Below are positions 42,296 through 52,315 of a stretch of DNA of 64,000 nt, in pieces. The translations under genes and the position numbers were made by a program. The stretch is from positions 197,182 through 261,181 of the forward strand of contig DASVPO010000009.1 of NCBI GenBank assembly GCA_036382855.1, written 5' to 3'. The notes under the pieces were generated by a model. The model was not told the DNA's origin. It saw nothing but the letters and a program-made list of their open reading frames with translations, and did no database searches. Within the stretch, counting starts at the first letter, position 1; the number at the start of each line of letters is the position of its first letter. Source of the DNA: Pyrinomonadaceae bacterium. Its GTDB lineage: Bacteria > Acidobacteriota > Blastocatellia > Pyrinomonadales > Pyrinomonadaceae.

Positions 42296-44557
42296 TCAAC
42301 GCCGCCTGTAACGCCTACGTGGTCTTAAGCTTCGCCTTCTTTCGTAACGATTCTGTTCCGCTTTTATAACGTCTTCATCATTATTAAACCGCACGGAAGA
42401 GCCTTCGGGCGGACGCGCGAATGAGACCGCAACATAGGCCGACGGAAGTTCCGCCGGTCTTGCAGCGCCGCCCGCGTTCTGTTCTTTAGTTTTAACAGTA
42501 ATGAGTTGGCCCTCGCGGCTGATCGTCTCAATCGAGATGCCTGCGCCCGTGGCCGACTGTCCTTGATAAGCGATGATGACAGCCTGCGTGTTGAAGTTTA
42601 CATCCGGCGGAGGATAACGCGCATCGCCTATCAAGCGCCAAGCCGTTTGCCACTGTCCCTGATTCATAATCAACTCAAGCGTGCGTGGGCCTGTGTGACG
42701 ACTGCGACTGCCCGTAGCGACAACAGAGAAGGGTTCAAACCTGACGGGAGCAAGCGTCTCTGTCGTCGTTAAGGCAGCAGGTTTTGCGTCGCCGAGCATC
42801 GCGAGACGGATGATTTTGATGGGCGGCATGCCGTAGCTCAGCAAGCGGTCGTGAAACTCACCGAGGCGGAACGATTGGCCCATGCGCTCTCTCCATTCGT
42901 CGCGCAACCTGATAATCTCCATCTTGCCGAGCGTGTAGACCAGGTAGGTCGGATCAATCGTGCCGCGACGCGCTTCGCGTTCGGCGTTAACGCGTTCCTG
43001 ATAACCTTCACGCACGAAAAAATTGACGGCCTCTTCGTAAGTCATGCCCTGCGTGTGCAGGCGCAGGCCCACTACGTAGCGGCACAGGCGCAGCAGCGCA
43101 AGGTTCAACTGCGCGAGCCTGAGCTTGGGGTTATTGCCGCCAAAGCCTTCGTCCAGCATCATCTGCTCGCAGTAGTGGGCCCAACCCTCTACGAAGCTGG
43201 CGGAAGCCAGAGCGGTGCGAACGCGCGAAGGCTGGCTCTTCAATGCAAGGCCCTGATAATAATGGCCCGGATAGACTTCGTGTATGGAGATGACGGGCAG
43301 CGCGTAGCGATTATAGAAACTGAGATGTTCTTCGAGGCGGCGCGCGTCGAGTTGCGGGTCCGGCGGAGTGATGTAGTAGTAAGCTTCCGTTGCGACGCGC
43401 TCGAAGGGGCCGGGCGTATCCATCGAGGCGAAGCTGGTCGAGCGCGCGTATTCCGGCGTTTCGGCTACGGTCAGATTCTCGCGCGCTGGCGGCGTCAGAA
43501 TATTTTGCGTGCGAACGAAGGAACGAATGCGGTCAAGCTCTGCGCGCGTCTCACCGACGAGGCCGTCGGCAGAAGGATGCTCACGCCCGAGCAGGCTGAG
43601 AGCGAAGCCGATGCCTTTGCCCGGCGCTATCTCTTCGGCAAGAGCGCGCATTGAATCCTGCGTGCGGCGCAACTCGCTTTCGCCGTCGCGCAGCAATTGC
43701 TGAAGAGGGGTTTCGACCATCTCCTCGTAAAGCAGCTTGCGACGATAATTTTCAGGGCCGATGCTGAAGCTGCCCGTCGAGCGCGGGAGCAGTTCGCGTT
43801 CCAGCCAGTCGAGGAAGGAACGCAGTTCGGAGATAACGTTCTGATTGGTCGTTTCAAACTGCGCACGCCGTTCGGCGTTTAAGCGAACACCGCCGGCGCG
43901 CTCAATCATCTGCGGAACGACGCGCGAGAAATAATCGAGGCTGCCTCGCACCTGGCCCAGAGCTATCTCCGTGTAGATGCGCGGAGGCTGCTGTAGATTA
44001 AGGCGCGCTTCGCGCAGCAGTCGTGGAATCTCGCGCTCGCGCCTGAGCACGGATTCGAGGCGCTGTTCGATGGGCGCATAGTTTCGCTTGAGGATGTTGT
44101 CAATGCTGGCGGAGAGCAGGCGATTATAGAGGTTCGGGTCGCGCTGCCACATGCGTATCTCTTCGAGTTCGAGAAGCTGCGCGCGTGCGTGTGAGACGAG
44201 CACAAGGTAATCGTAGCGAGCCTCAAGCGAGAGCACAGCGGGGTTGATGCGCAGCAACTCACCCAGCGCCGAGCGCAGTCGTCTTATCTCGCGTGCGATT
44301 GTTTCGGGCGAACGCGATTCAAGCTCCACGTCGTATTCATGCAGCCCAAGCACGGTCGCTTCCGACGGGTTAAACGCGTAATAGCCGCGAAGGTACGCAT
44401 CTGCAATCTGGTTGAAACGCGCTGTGACGTAAACGCTGCCGGAAGGACGCGGCACAACGCGGCGAGCACGCGCCTGCGCCGCGACTTCACGAGGCAGCGC
44501 AAGCGCCGAGAGCCAGCACGCAAGCACACACAGCAGAACGATTAGTTTCCTCTTCAT
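42296..44557 (-). CDS. secreted DUF885-family putative metallopeptidase with C-terminal PrcB-like domain
   Basis: Signal peptide MKRKLIVLLCVLACWLSALALPREVAAQ. DUF885 core block ISIHEVYPGHYYQGLALK...FVEGWAHYCEQ. ~170-aa C-terminal extension resembling PrcB_C beta-domain proteins. The track ORF start at 44632 precedes the signal peptide. Confidence 0.65.
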   Translation of the reverse strand: MKRKLIVLLCVLACWLSALALPREVAAQARARRVVPRPSGSVYVTARFNQIADAYLRGYYAFNPSEATVLGLHEYDVELESRSPETIAREIRRLRSALGELLRINPAVLSLEARYDYLVLVSHARAQLLELEEIRMWQRDPNLYNRLLSASIDNILKRNYAPIEQRLESVLRREREIPRLLREARLNLQQPPRIYTEIALGQVRGSLDYFSRVVPQMIERAGGVRLNAERRAQFETTNQNVISELRSFLDWLERELLPRSTGSFSIGPENYRRKLLYEEMVETPLQQLLRDGESELRRTQDSMRALAEEIAPGKGIGFALSLLGREHPSADGLVGETRAELDRIRSFVRTQNILTPPARENLTVAETPEYARSTSFASMDTPGPFERVATEAYYYITPPDPQLDARRLEEHLSFYNRYALPVISIHEVYPGHYYQGLALKSQPSRVRTALASASFVEGWAHYCEQMMLDEGFGGNNPKLRLAQLNLALLRLCRYVVGLRLHTQGMTYEEAVNFFVREGYQERVNAEREARRGTIDPTYLVYTLGKMEIIRLRDEWRERMGQSFRLGEFHDRLLSYGMPPIKIIRLAMLGDAKPAALTTTETLAPVRFEPFSVVATGSRSRHTGPRTLELIMNQGQWQTAWRLIGDARYPPPDVNFNTQAVIIAYQGQSATGAGISIETISREGQLITVKTKEQNAGGAARPAELPSAYVAVSFARPPEGSSVRFNNDEDVIKAEQNRYERRRSLRPRRRYRRR

Positions 44558-44790
44558 CAAAGCGGCAGCCTGTTTTCCGAGAATGATAGAGCAGCGCTCA
44601 ACCGTTGGAAGACGGTCAAGAGAGCTTAACATAAAAGCGAGGGCGTGAGTGGGAAGAGACGCGAAGCGGAAAGAGACTTTGCAAATCTGGGGCGAGCGTT
44701 TGGCTGCGAGCTATGCATGACTGTCCGCGCTGAGGTAGCGCGACACGGCGCGCTGACGGAGCGCAGGCGAGCGGCTTTCTAAAAGTTTCT

Positions 44791-45447
44791 CTACTTCGTG
44801 CGCGGCTCGATTGTTCCGTTGAGCCATTTTGTCGGCTCGTCGAGCGGCGCGATGTGGTGCGGTTCGCCCTTCCAGACGCGAATGATGGAGATGGCGAAGA
44901 AGATGATGGAGGCGAGTGTGAAGAATGTTCGGCCGATGTTGCTTCCTGTAAAGCCGCCGATGATGCTGAGGACGGTCTGCACGGCGATGACGAAGAGATG
45001 CATCGCTAAGCCCTGCGCGGCATGAAAGCGGACGCGCGTTTCCTTGCGCGGCACGAGGAACAACTCGGCGACCGCAAACACCGCGCCGATGTAGTAAGGA
45101 ATATAAGGAACTATCAACGCGACGTTTTCGGGAACGTTGATGCCGGGAATGTTGCGTGAGGTCGGCTGCCCTGTTGTGACGGGCGGCGGTCCGGCCTGCT
45201 GCACCTGCGGAGGCGCGGCCGGTGGCGGAACGAAAACCGAAGGATAGGATGAAGGGAGCGGATTATCGTAGCGGCGCGTCGGCGCTTCTGCGGCGTCGCC
45301 CGCGAGCGGCTGTTGTTCTTCGGTCGGGCGCGGAGCGTGGCTGCGCGTCGCGCCCCACATATCGTCTGTGTGTTTGGCGTAATCCGGGTCGAGCGGATTA
45401 GTATCGTACTTGCTCTTCTTTTCCATCACACATACTCTTACGAACAC
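44791..45447 (-). CDS. membrane protein with Pro-rich N-terminus and DUF4870-like TM domain
   Basis: Pro-rich segment PPPAAPPQVQQAGPPPVTTGQ. TM region with RFHAAQGL motif typical of DUF4870. Start possibly at the second Met (45426). Confidence 0.5.
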   Translation of the reverse strand: MFVRVCVMEKKSKYDTNPLDPDYAKHTDDMWGATRSHAPRPTEEQQPLAGDAAEAPTRRYDNPLPSSYPSVFVPPPAAPPQVQQAGPPPVTTGQPTSRNIPGINVPENVALIVPYIPYYIGAVFAVAELFLVPRKETRVRFHAAQGLAMHLFVIAVQTVLSIIGGFTGSNIGRTFFTLASIIFFAISIIRVWKGEPHHIAPLDEPTKWLNGTIEPRTK

Positions 45448-45475
45448 TCAGCCGCTTCAGTTCGTCTCTTGCTCT

Positions 45476-45898
45476 TTAGTCAAGCACATGAAATTCGACT
45501 TGTTCCCAGCGGCCAGCGCTTTTGCTGATGCGGAAGGCACGAAGCACGGCCTCCGCGCCCGACAGCCCGATAATAAAATAGATGGCCGAAGGATAATAAG
45601 CCAGCCGCACGTCCGTCACGGAAGGCACAGGCTCGCTCGTGCGCGGATGCGAATGGTAGATCCCCAGAAGCTGCTCGCCGCGCTCGCGCATGCTCTTCTG
45701 CGCGGCAAACAGATCAACTGCTGCCGCCTCATATGAAACGGTCGGGTCGGCGGCGATATTACGCAGACGATAGATAGAACTCGCCCGTCCGTCGCCTGAA
45801 CCGCCCATCCAGCCGCAACACTCCGCCGGGCTTGTCTCATGCGCGTGTGCCGTCATCTCTTCAACGTGTGCGCGTAGCAGCGTAATCATTCCCGGCAT
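45476..45898 (-). CDS. JAMM/MPN (Mov34) metalloprotease-family protein
   Basis: JAMM motif context E...LGIYHSHPRTSEPVPSVTD (HxHx7Sx2D). Confidence 0.75.
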   Translation of the reverse strand: MPGMITLLRAHVEEMTAHAHETSPAECCGWMGGSGDGRASSIYRLRNIAADPTVSYEAAAVDLFAAQKSMRERGEQLLGIYHSHPRTSEPVPSVTDVRLAYYPSAIYFIIGLSGAEAVLRAFRISKSAGRWEQVEFHVLD

Positions 45899-45919
45899 CA
45901 GCAGACAGAAGCTTGATAA

Positions 45920-46990
45920 CTACTGTATAAAACGCATCACCATGTCGCTCATGGGCCCGGCCAGCAAAGGGGCCAGCAACGCGACGAGTCTTGGTATATA
46001 GACGGAAATAGAGAGGGCCAATCCGCGCTCCTGTAGCCATTTTTCACGCGCAGGTTCCGCCTGAAACTCATCGCTGGTAATCAACTTGCAGGCCCGACTT
46101 CGCAGTATCAGGATTGCCGGTAGATAGACGGCCACGAGGATGAGTGTATAAGTTGCTGCTTCGATGTAAGTAAGCGTGGTAGCCAGACCGACGACCGCTT
46201 TGATGAGCGGGCCGGACGCAGGGTTCTTATCATCGAGAGGCAAAAAGGAGGTGGACCAGTGAAAGGTCGTGCTGAGCCGCAGCGTGCTGGTCACAAGCTG
46301 GACCATCCCCGTGTAGAGCAGAAGGCGAAGCAGTTTTGTCCGTTTGGAGATTTCCGCTTCAGACGTTTGGCGTTCCTTTTCAACCGGCCAGAGAATCGCA
46401 CAGCTTAAAAGCACCAGCAGAAAAGCAGCCGTGTAGCTGAGAGCGATAATCCAGTTTGAGACGGCGATGACGCTCGGCAGTTCGATGGTCGCCGTGCAGG
46501 CTAGAAACTGGTTCACGAGCCGGTTGTTTGTATAGTCTGCCGAACAGCGCACCAGCGAATTGATATTCGGCTCACGAGACAGGAAGAGAACGAAAGCCAG
46601 CAGTGTCAGCAGAATCATGGAGCCTGCAAACGCTTGCTGGTAGCGACGCGAGCGACCGGCAATCACGTTCCAGACGATGTAAACGCCGATGACGATAGTG
46701 CCCACGCAGGCCAGTATGTTCAACCCGACCGTGAACAACCAGAGGAAGCGACCTTGAATAACAGTCGCTTTAACAGCGCCCGCCGTGTTGAAGCAACACA
46801 GGTTGTTATCTTTGAGTAACTGCGTGATGTTTATCGCCTGACACCCGGCCGCCAACGTACTCCCGCATAAGACGAGAGCATCAATCAGCATGTCATACAT
46901 GACGAAGATGAGCAGGGTCAGCAGGAGCGGGGCTAGCGCTTCGAGATAGCCTCCCAGTTGCGCCGGTGTGAAGTTCCTAAGGAGTTTCAT
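45920..46990 (-). CDS. hypothetical polytopic membrane protein
   Basis: 356 aa with ~8 hydrophobic helices. No motif recognised. Confidence 0.45.
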   Translation of the reverse strand: MKLLRNFTPAQLGGYLEALAPLLLTLLIFVMYDMLIDALVLCGSTLAAGCQAINITQLLKDNNLCCFNTAGAVKATVIQGRFLWLFTVGLNILACVGTIVIGVYIVWNVIAGRSRRYQQAFAGSMILLTLLAFVLFLSREPNINSLVRCSADYTNNRLVNQFLACTATIELPSVIAVSNWIIALSYTAAFLLVLLSCAILWPVEKERQTSEAEISKRTKLLRLLLYTGMVQLVTSTLRLSTTFHWSTSFLPLDDKNPASGPLIKAVVGLATTLTYIEAATYTLILVAVYLPAILILRSRACKLITSDEFQAEPAREKWLQERGLALSISVYIPRLVALLAPLLAGPMSDMVMRFIQ

Positions 46991-47130
46991 GCGAGCGTCC
47001 TAGTAGGGATTCAAGCTAAGGTTGCAACACCTCGCCGTCCTGTGCGCGAGCAACACCAGCGGCCAGCACAAAACGGAACAGGGAACGAGAAAGCCATTCG
47101 TCCCCGCATCACATTTCAACTCTACTCACA

Positions 47131-48315
47131 TTATACCTCAACGGCTTTCGCCTGCGGCTGACCGGCCGCGGCTTCTTTAATCAGGCTGCGGCCGATGACG
47201 AGACGTTGAATCTGGTTCGTGCCTTCGTAAATCTGCGTAATCTTCGCATCGCGCATGTATTTTTCAATCGGGTAGTCTTTGCAGTAGCCGTAGCCGCCGA
47301 AGAGTTGTACGGCGTCTGTCGTGACAGACATGGCTACGTCAGTTGCGAAGACCTTGCCCATCGCCGCCAGCTTCGAGACGTTCTTCGCGCCTGCATCAAT
47401 CGCACGCGCCGAAGCATAGACGAGTTGGCGCGCGGCTTCGATTTTGGTCGCCATGTCGGCCAGCATCCACTGTATGCCCTGAAAGGAAGCGACGGATTGA
47501 CCAAACTGCTGTCGCTTCATGGTGTAGTCAACCGCCAGATCGAGCGCGCCCTGCGCAAGGCCGAGAGCCTGCGCCGCCACACCGGGCCGCGCCAGATCGA
47601 GCGTCATCATCGCGTGCTTAAAACCGTGGCCCTCTTTGCCTCCCAGAAGATTCTCTTGGGGCACGTAGCAATCCTCGAAGTGAAGCTCGTGGACGGGAAC
47701 GCAGCGGATGCCCATCAAATCTTCCTTCTTGCCAATCTCGAAGCCGGGCGTGCCCTTCTCGACGAGCAGCGCGGAGACGCCGCGCCCGCCCCTCTCAGGA
47801 TTGGTCGAGCAGAAGATTGTGTAAAGCTGAGCAGCGTTGCCGTTCGTGTTCCACTTCTTATCGCCGTTCAAAACATAGAAGCCGTCGCGCTTCTCTGCGC
47901 GAGCCTTAAGGCTGCCCGCGTCCGAACCCGAAGCCTTCTCCGAGAGGCCAAACGCCATTAAGGTTTTCCCCTGCGCGACATCCGGCAGATACTTCTGCTT
48001 CTGCTCCTCCGTGCCACCGACGATAATCGGAAACGACGCGAGCGCGTTAACGGCATATGTCACGCCGACACCGCCGCAAGCCTTCGACAATTCTTCGACG
48101 ACGATGCACAGGTTCATCACGCCGCCGCCGCGCCCGCCATACTCCTTTGGAATCCAGACGCCCATCAGCCCCGCATCCTGCAACGCGCGCACAACGGCCC
48201 AAGGATATTCGGCCTTCGCATCAAGTTCGGCCGCTATCGGCCGCACATGCTTGTCTGCAATCTCGCGCGCCATCGCACGATACTCAAGATTCTCTTTCGT
48301 CAGCAGTTCATCCAC
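47131..48315 (-). CDS. acyl-CoA dehydrogenase (short/medium-chain type)
   Basis: Full-length ACAD pattern: FGLSEKASGSDAGSLK, C-terminal YEGTNQIQRLVIGRSL, catalytic Glu context QLFGGYGY. Confidence 0.9.
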   Translation of the reverse strand: MDELLTKENLEYRAMAREIADKHVRPIAAELDAKAEYPWAVVRALQDAGLMGVWIPKEYGGRGGGVMNLCIVVEELSKACGGVGVTYAVNALASFPIIVGGTEEQKQKYLPDVAQGKTLMAFGLSEKASGSDAGSLKARAEKRDGFYVLNGDKKWNTNGNAAQLYTIFCSTNPERGGRGVSALLVEKGTPGFEIGKKEDLMGIRCVPVHELHFEDCYVPQENLLGGKEGHGFKHAMMTLDLARPGVAAQALGLAQGALDLAVDYTMKRQQFGQSVASFQGIQWMLADMATKIEAARQLVYASARAIDAGAKNVSKLAAMGKVFATDVAMSVTTDAVQLFGGYGYCKDYPIEKYMRDAKITQIYEGTNQIQRLVIGRSLIKEAAAGQPQAKAVEV

Positions 48316-48328
48316 GCTTTGATTCTCC

Positions 48329-50212
48329 TTAAACTTTTCCAGGTTCGTCCATAAACTCCGAGGGCTCTTCGCCCGTCGGACTCTGGACTCTGGACTTTGG
48401 ACTTTGAACTTCGACTATCTTCAGCCTCAACTCTTCCAACTGCTTTGCGTCAACCTCGCCCGGCGCGTCAATCATCAAATCCGCTGCGGACGCCGTTTTC
48501 GGGAAAGCCATCAAGTCGCGTATGTTCTCGATGCCTGTGAGGGCCATCAGGAGGCGTTCGATGCCGGACGCGATGCCGCCGTGCGGCGGCGTGCCGTATT
48601 CGAGCGCGTCAAGGAAGAAACCGAAACGCGCGCGCGCCTTCTCCTGCGTTAGTCCCAGAGCCTTGAAGACGAGACCCTGCACCTCTCTCTGGTGAATACG
48701 AATCGAGCCGCCCGCTGCTTCCACTCCGTTAACGACCGTATCATAAGCCTTGGCCCGCAGTTGGCCCAACAGAGCCGTCTCGCCATCTTCAACCGCCCGC
48801 TTCAGGAGCGGCAAATCTTCGTCGAGCGGCGACGTGAACGGATGATGCATCGCATAATAACGCCCATCTTCTTCGTTAAACTCGAACATCGGAAACTCAG
48901 TCACCCACAGCGGCATGTAAACATCCTGCGGAATCAGCTTTCCGCGCCGCGCGATTTCAACGCGCAACGCGCCGAGGCTCGCCGCCACGACCTTCGCTTT
49001 GCCCGCAACAATCAACACCGCATCATTCTTGCCAGCTCCGGCTTCATCAGCCAGCCGCGTCACAACATCATGGCCCAGCGGCTTCAGCAGCGATGACGAT
49101 AGCTCGTCCGAGAGCTTAATCCACGCCAGAGCAGTTGCGCCGTAACGCTTGGCGTATTCCTGCAATTCGTCCAGAGCTTTTCTTGACAGCGAAGCGCCGC
49201 CCTGAACGACGATGCCCTTCACTTCGCCGCCCGCCGAGAGCGCGGAGGCGAAAGGCGCGAACGTCGTTCCCTCAAGCGCGGGCGACAAATCGCGCAACTC
49301 CATCCCGAAACGCAGGTCTGGTTTATCCGAGCCGTAACGCCGCATCGCTTCCTCATACGTCAGGCGCGGAAACGGCAAAGGTAATTCGATGCCCGCCAGA
49401 CGGAAGACGCGCGCAAACAGTCCCTCTATTAACGTGTAAACCTGTTCGGGCGAAGCGAAGCTCAATTCAACGTCCAACTGCGTAAACTCCGGCTGTCGGT
49501 CGGCCCTCAAATCTTCATCGCGAAAGCAGCGCGCAATCTGGTAATACTTATCAAGGCCCGCAATCATGCAGAGTTGCTTAAAGAGTTGCGGCGATTGCGG
49601 CAGCGCGAAGAATTTTCCGGGCTGTATGCGCGAGGGCACTATGTAATCGCGCGCACCTTCGGGCGTTGACTTGATCAGGATAGGCGTCTCGATTTCCGTG
49701 AAGCCCTGCTCATCCATGTAGCGACGGATCTCTGCGACGACGCGCGCGCGCAGCCGCAGGTTCGTCTGCAATTGCGGACGACGCAAATCCAGATAGCGAT
49801 ACTTCAAACGCAAATCTTCGCTCGCTAAGGCATCCGACGAGACCATCTCAAGCTGGAAGGGCAGCGTGCGCGCGTCGTTGAGAATCAACAAGCGGCTGGC
49901 GCTCACCTCAACGTCGCCCGTCGCTATCTTCGGATTGCGCTGCCCCTCTTCGCGCAGCACGACCTCGCCCGTCACGGCGATAACGTATTCGCCGCGCACG
50001 TCCTTCGCCTTAGCGTGCGCCTCTGGCGCAACATCTGCATTGAAGACGACCTGCGTAATGCCGTCGCGGTCGCGCAAATCGAAGAAGGTCAGCGGGCCGA
50101 AATCGCGACGGCGAGCGACCCAGCCCATCAGCGTGACAGTCTCTCCGACGGCACTCGTCGTAAGCGCTCCGCACGAATGCGTGCGCTGCAAATTTCCAAG
50201 GTTATCCAACAT
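48329..50212 (-). CDS. aspS: aspartyl-tRNA synthetase with heptamer-repeat-encoded C-terminal tail
   Basis: Class II motifs (FFDLRDRDG, FRDEDLRADRQPEFTQLDVE, GGSIRIH). C-terminal ~25 aa extension VEVQSPKSRVQSPTGEEP encoded by the tandem heptamers at 48378-48415. Confidence 0.92.
   Translation of the reverse strand: MLDNLGNLQRTHSCGALTTSAVGETVTLMGWVARRRDFGPLTFFDLRDRDGITQVVFNADVAPEAHAKAKDVRGEYVIAVTGEVVLREEGQRNPKIATGDVEVSASRLLILNDARTLPFQLEMVSSDALASEDLRLKYRYLDLRRPQLQTNLRLRARVVAEIRRYMDEQGFTEIETPILIKSTPEGARDYIVPSRIQPGKFFALPQSPQLFKQLCMIAGLDKYYQIARCFRDEDLRADRQPEFTQLDVELSFASPEQVYTLIEGLFARVFRLAGIELPLPFPRLTYEEAMRRYGSDKPDLRFGMELRDLSPALEGTTFAPFASALSAGGEVKGIVVQGGASLSRKALDELQEYAKRYGATALAWIKLSDELSSSLLKPLGHDVVTRLADEAGAGKNDAVLIVAGKAKVVAASLGALRVEIARRGKLIPQDVYMPLWVTEFPMFEFNEEDGRYYAMHHPFTSPLDEDLPLLKRAVEDGETALLGQLRAKAYDTVVNGVEAAGGSIRIHQREVQGLVFKALGLTQEKARARFGFFLDALEYGTPPHGGIASGIERLLMALTGIENIRDLMAFPKTASAADLMIDAPGEVDAKQLEELRLKIVEVQSPKSRVQSPTGEEPSEFMDEPGKV
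48378..48415. repeat. tandem heptamer array (GGACTCT x2, GGACTTT x2, GAACTTC) inside the 3' end of aspS
   Basis: GGACTCTGGACTCTGGACTTTGGACTTTGAACTTCGACT read directly. No inverted partner. In-frame in aspS, giving VQSPKSRVQSP. Confidence 0.8.
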
Positions 50213-50214
50213 AG

Positions 50215-50826
50215 TTATTGTTTCTTCGTTTCCGCTTCGCGGCTGAAATCGAGCGGCGATTGAAAACGTTTCTCGCGCGATGAGCCTGCCGCGTTCTCCT
50301 TCAGGTACGCGTTAAACTCCGCCGATTTGTTGCGCGGAATACTCAGGCTCTTCCACTCAGCTGACCTGAAATGTTTCGCCAGAAAAACTATCTGGCCGAT
50401 GTGATAAGCGTAGTGCGTCAATTGCCGGTTGATGGCTTCGACGACCGTATGCTCCTCGCCCCTGATTAAAATTTTCGTTCCGAAATCTTCCGGCCGCAAA
50501 GGCTCAAGCGCGCCGAACAAACAACTCCAACCCCTCTCCCATTCAGCCAGCAACTCCGCTTTGCTCGTCTCCTTAGTGATGACAAACTCCATGTCGCGAT
50601 GGCGCGAAGGCTTCTCTCCGTCGGTCGTCAGGAAATCCGTCCAACGCGAAAGCATGTTGCCGCTGATGTGCTTGATGATGACGGCGATGCTGTTGGCCTC
50701 TTCGTCCAAGGCCAGAAAAAACTCCTCGTCGCTCGTTTGCGCGAAGGCTTTTTCAGCCAGCGCCTTATAGTCTTTGAAAGTACTGATGGCATCATCCAGA
50801 TAATGCTGCACGAAGGAATCGTTCAT
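50215..50826 (-). CDS. DinB/YfiT-like (DUF1572) superfamily protein
   Basis: 203 aa. HISGNMLSRW and LTHYAYHIGQIVFLAKH blocks typical of DinB-fold proteins. Confidence 0.55.
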   Translation of the reverse strand: MNDSFVQHYLDDAISTFKDYKALAEKAFAQTSDEEFFLALDEEANSIAVIIKHISGNMLSRWTDFLTTDGEKPSRHRDMEFVITKETSKAELLAEWERGWSCLFGALEPLRPEDFGTKILIRGEEHTVVEAINRQLTHYAYHIGQIVFLAKHFRSAEWKSLSIPRNKSAEFNAYLKENAAGSSREKRFQSPLDFSREAETKKQ

Positions 50827-50829
50827 AGT

Positions 50830-52221
50830 TTAACTTCGCTTGAGCTTCTCGCGCACCGTCTCTGCCACACTCGCGCGCGCCAATGTCTGCTGTTCGCCTG
50901 TCGCCATATCTTTGAGCGCGACCTCGCCGCGCTCGCGTTCCGTTTCACCCATCACGACGACGAACGGAATCCCTCGCGACGACGCATACTTGAACTGCTT
51001 TCCGAGCTTGTCCGCCTCCGGGTAAACGTCAACGCGAAGACCCGCGCCGCGCAACTCCGCCGCCAGCGCGAGCGCTTCACCGACGGCCTCTTCATTCCAG
51101 AGAGTGACCATCACACCGGCCGCCGCGCCCATGAGCGCCTGCGGAAACATCTCGCGCTCCGTCATCACGACGATGATGCGTTCTAAGCCCAACGAGAAAC
51201 CGCAGGCCGGAACATCCTGCCCGGAAAACATTCCGACCAGATTATCGTAGCGCCCGCCGCCGCCGAGGCTGCCCGCCAGATCAGGCACTTTGATTTCCAT
51301 AATCGCGCCCGTGTAATAAGAGAGTCCGCGCGCGAGGCTCGGGTCAATCCTGATGTGCGCGCCCGCTGGCGTTGCGGCAGCAAGCTGCACAACCGAGCGC
51401 AACTCGTCAATCCCACGCGCGCCCGCCTCATGGTCGCCCACAAACTCTACTAGACGGCCAAGCGTTGCAGCATTGAGCGCCGCAGGCGTCGTCGTAATCG
51501 AATCATCGGTCAACTCGGCCGCGTGTTCCAGCGCCGCAAGGCTTTCAAAGAACGACAACAATCTCTCGCCCGCTTCCGCCGCGATGCCGCGCTCGCCTAG
51601 TTCGCCGGAAACTCCTTCACGACCAATCTTGTCAAGCTTGTCGAGCGCAACCAGCGCGTCCGACTGTTGCTCAATTGAAACGCCCGCCGCATCGAGCACG
51701 CCCGTCAACACCTGCCTGTGATTCAGCCGCATCGTGAAATTATTAAAGCCAAGCTGCTTGAGCGCATCGCAGGCGGCCGCGCATAATTCCGCTTCGATCA
51801 ACATCGAACGCGAGCCGAGCGCGTCAACATCACACTGGTAAAACTCCCTGAAGCGACCATGCGCCGGACGGTCTGCGCGCCACACGGGCTGTATCTGGTA
51901 GCGCTTGAAAAACTTCGGCAGGCTCGCCCTGTATTCCGCCACCACGCGCGCCAGCGGCACTGTCAAATCGTAGCGCAAAGCAAGGTCGGCTGCGCCCGTT
52001 GATTCATGCACGCCGCGCTTCAGTATTTTGAAGATGAGCTGGCTGCCTTCCTCGCCATACTTGCCGGAGAGCGTCTCTATGTTTTCGACCGCAGGCGTCT
52101 CCAGCGGCTCGAACCCGTAGCGCTCATAGACCTCCTTGATGCGGCCAATCACATACTCGCGCCGCCTCACATCGGCTGGCAAAAAATCGCGCATCCCGCG
52201 CGCCGGTTGAGTCTTAGCCAT
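50830..52221 (-). CDS. hisS: histidyl-tRNA synthetase
   Basis: MAKTQPARGMRDFLPADVRRREYV N-terminus, class II motifs, C-terminal anticodon-binding domain. Confidence 0.92.
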   Translation of the reverse strand: MAKTQPARGMRDFLPADVRRREYVIGRIKEVYERYGFEPLETPAVENIETLSGKYGEEGSQLIFKILKRGVHESTGAADLALRYDLTVPLARVVAEYRASLPKFFKRYQIQPVWRADRPAHGRFREFYQCDVDALGSRSMLIEAELCAAACDALKQLGFNNFTMRLNHRQVLTGVLDAAGVSIEQQSDALVALDKLDKIGREGVSGELGERGIAAEAGERLLSFFESLAALEHAAELTDDSITTTPAALNAATLGRLVEFVGDHEAGARGIDELRSVVQLAAATPAGAHIRIDPSLARGLSYYTGAIMEIKVPDLAGSLGGGGRYDNLVGMFSGQDVPACGFSLGLERIIVVMTEREMFPQALMGAAAGVMVTLWNEEAVGEALALAAELRGAGLRVDVYPEADKLGKQFKYASSRGIPFVVVMGETERERGEVALKDMATGEQQTLARASVAETVREKLKRS

Positions 52222-52227
52222 AACTCA

Positions 52228-52315
52228 AGTGATGAGTAATGAGTGATGAGTAATGAGTGATGAGCAGAAAGCTGTTCGTCTTTCACTCATCACTCATTAC
52301 TCATCACTCATCACT
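52228..52315. repeat. heptamer-tandem hairpin element, family A
   Basis: Left arm AGTGATGAGTAATGAGTGATGAGTAATGAGTGATGAG. Loop CAGAAAGCTGTTCGTCTT. Right arm TCACTCATCACTCATTACTCATCACTCATCACT. Begins 7 nt upstream of the hisS ATG and contains the stop of the gamma-CA gene. Confidence 0.85.
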
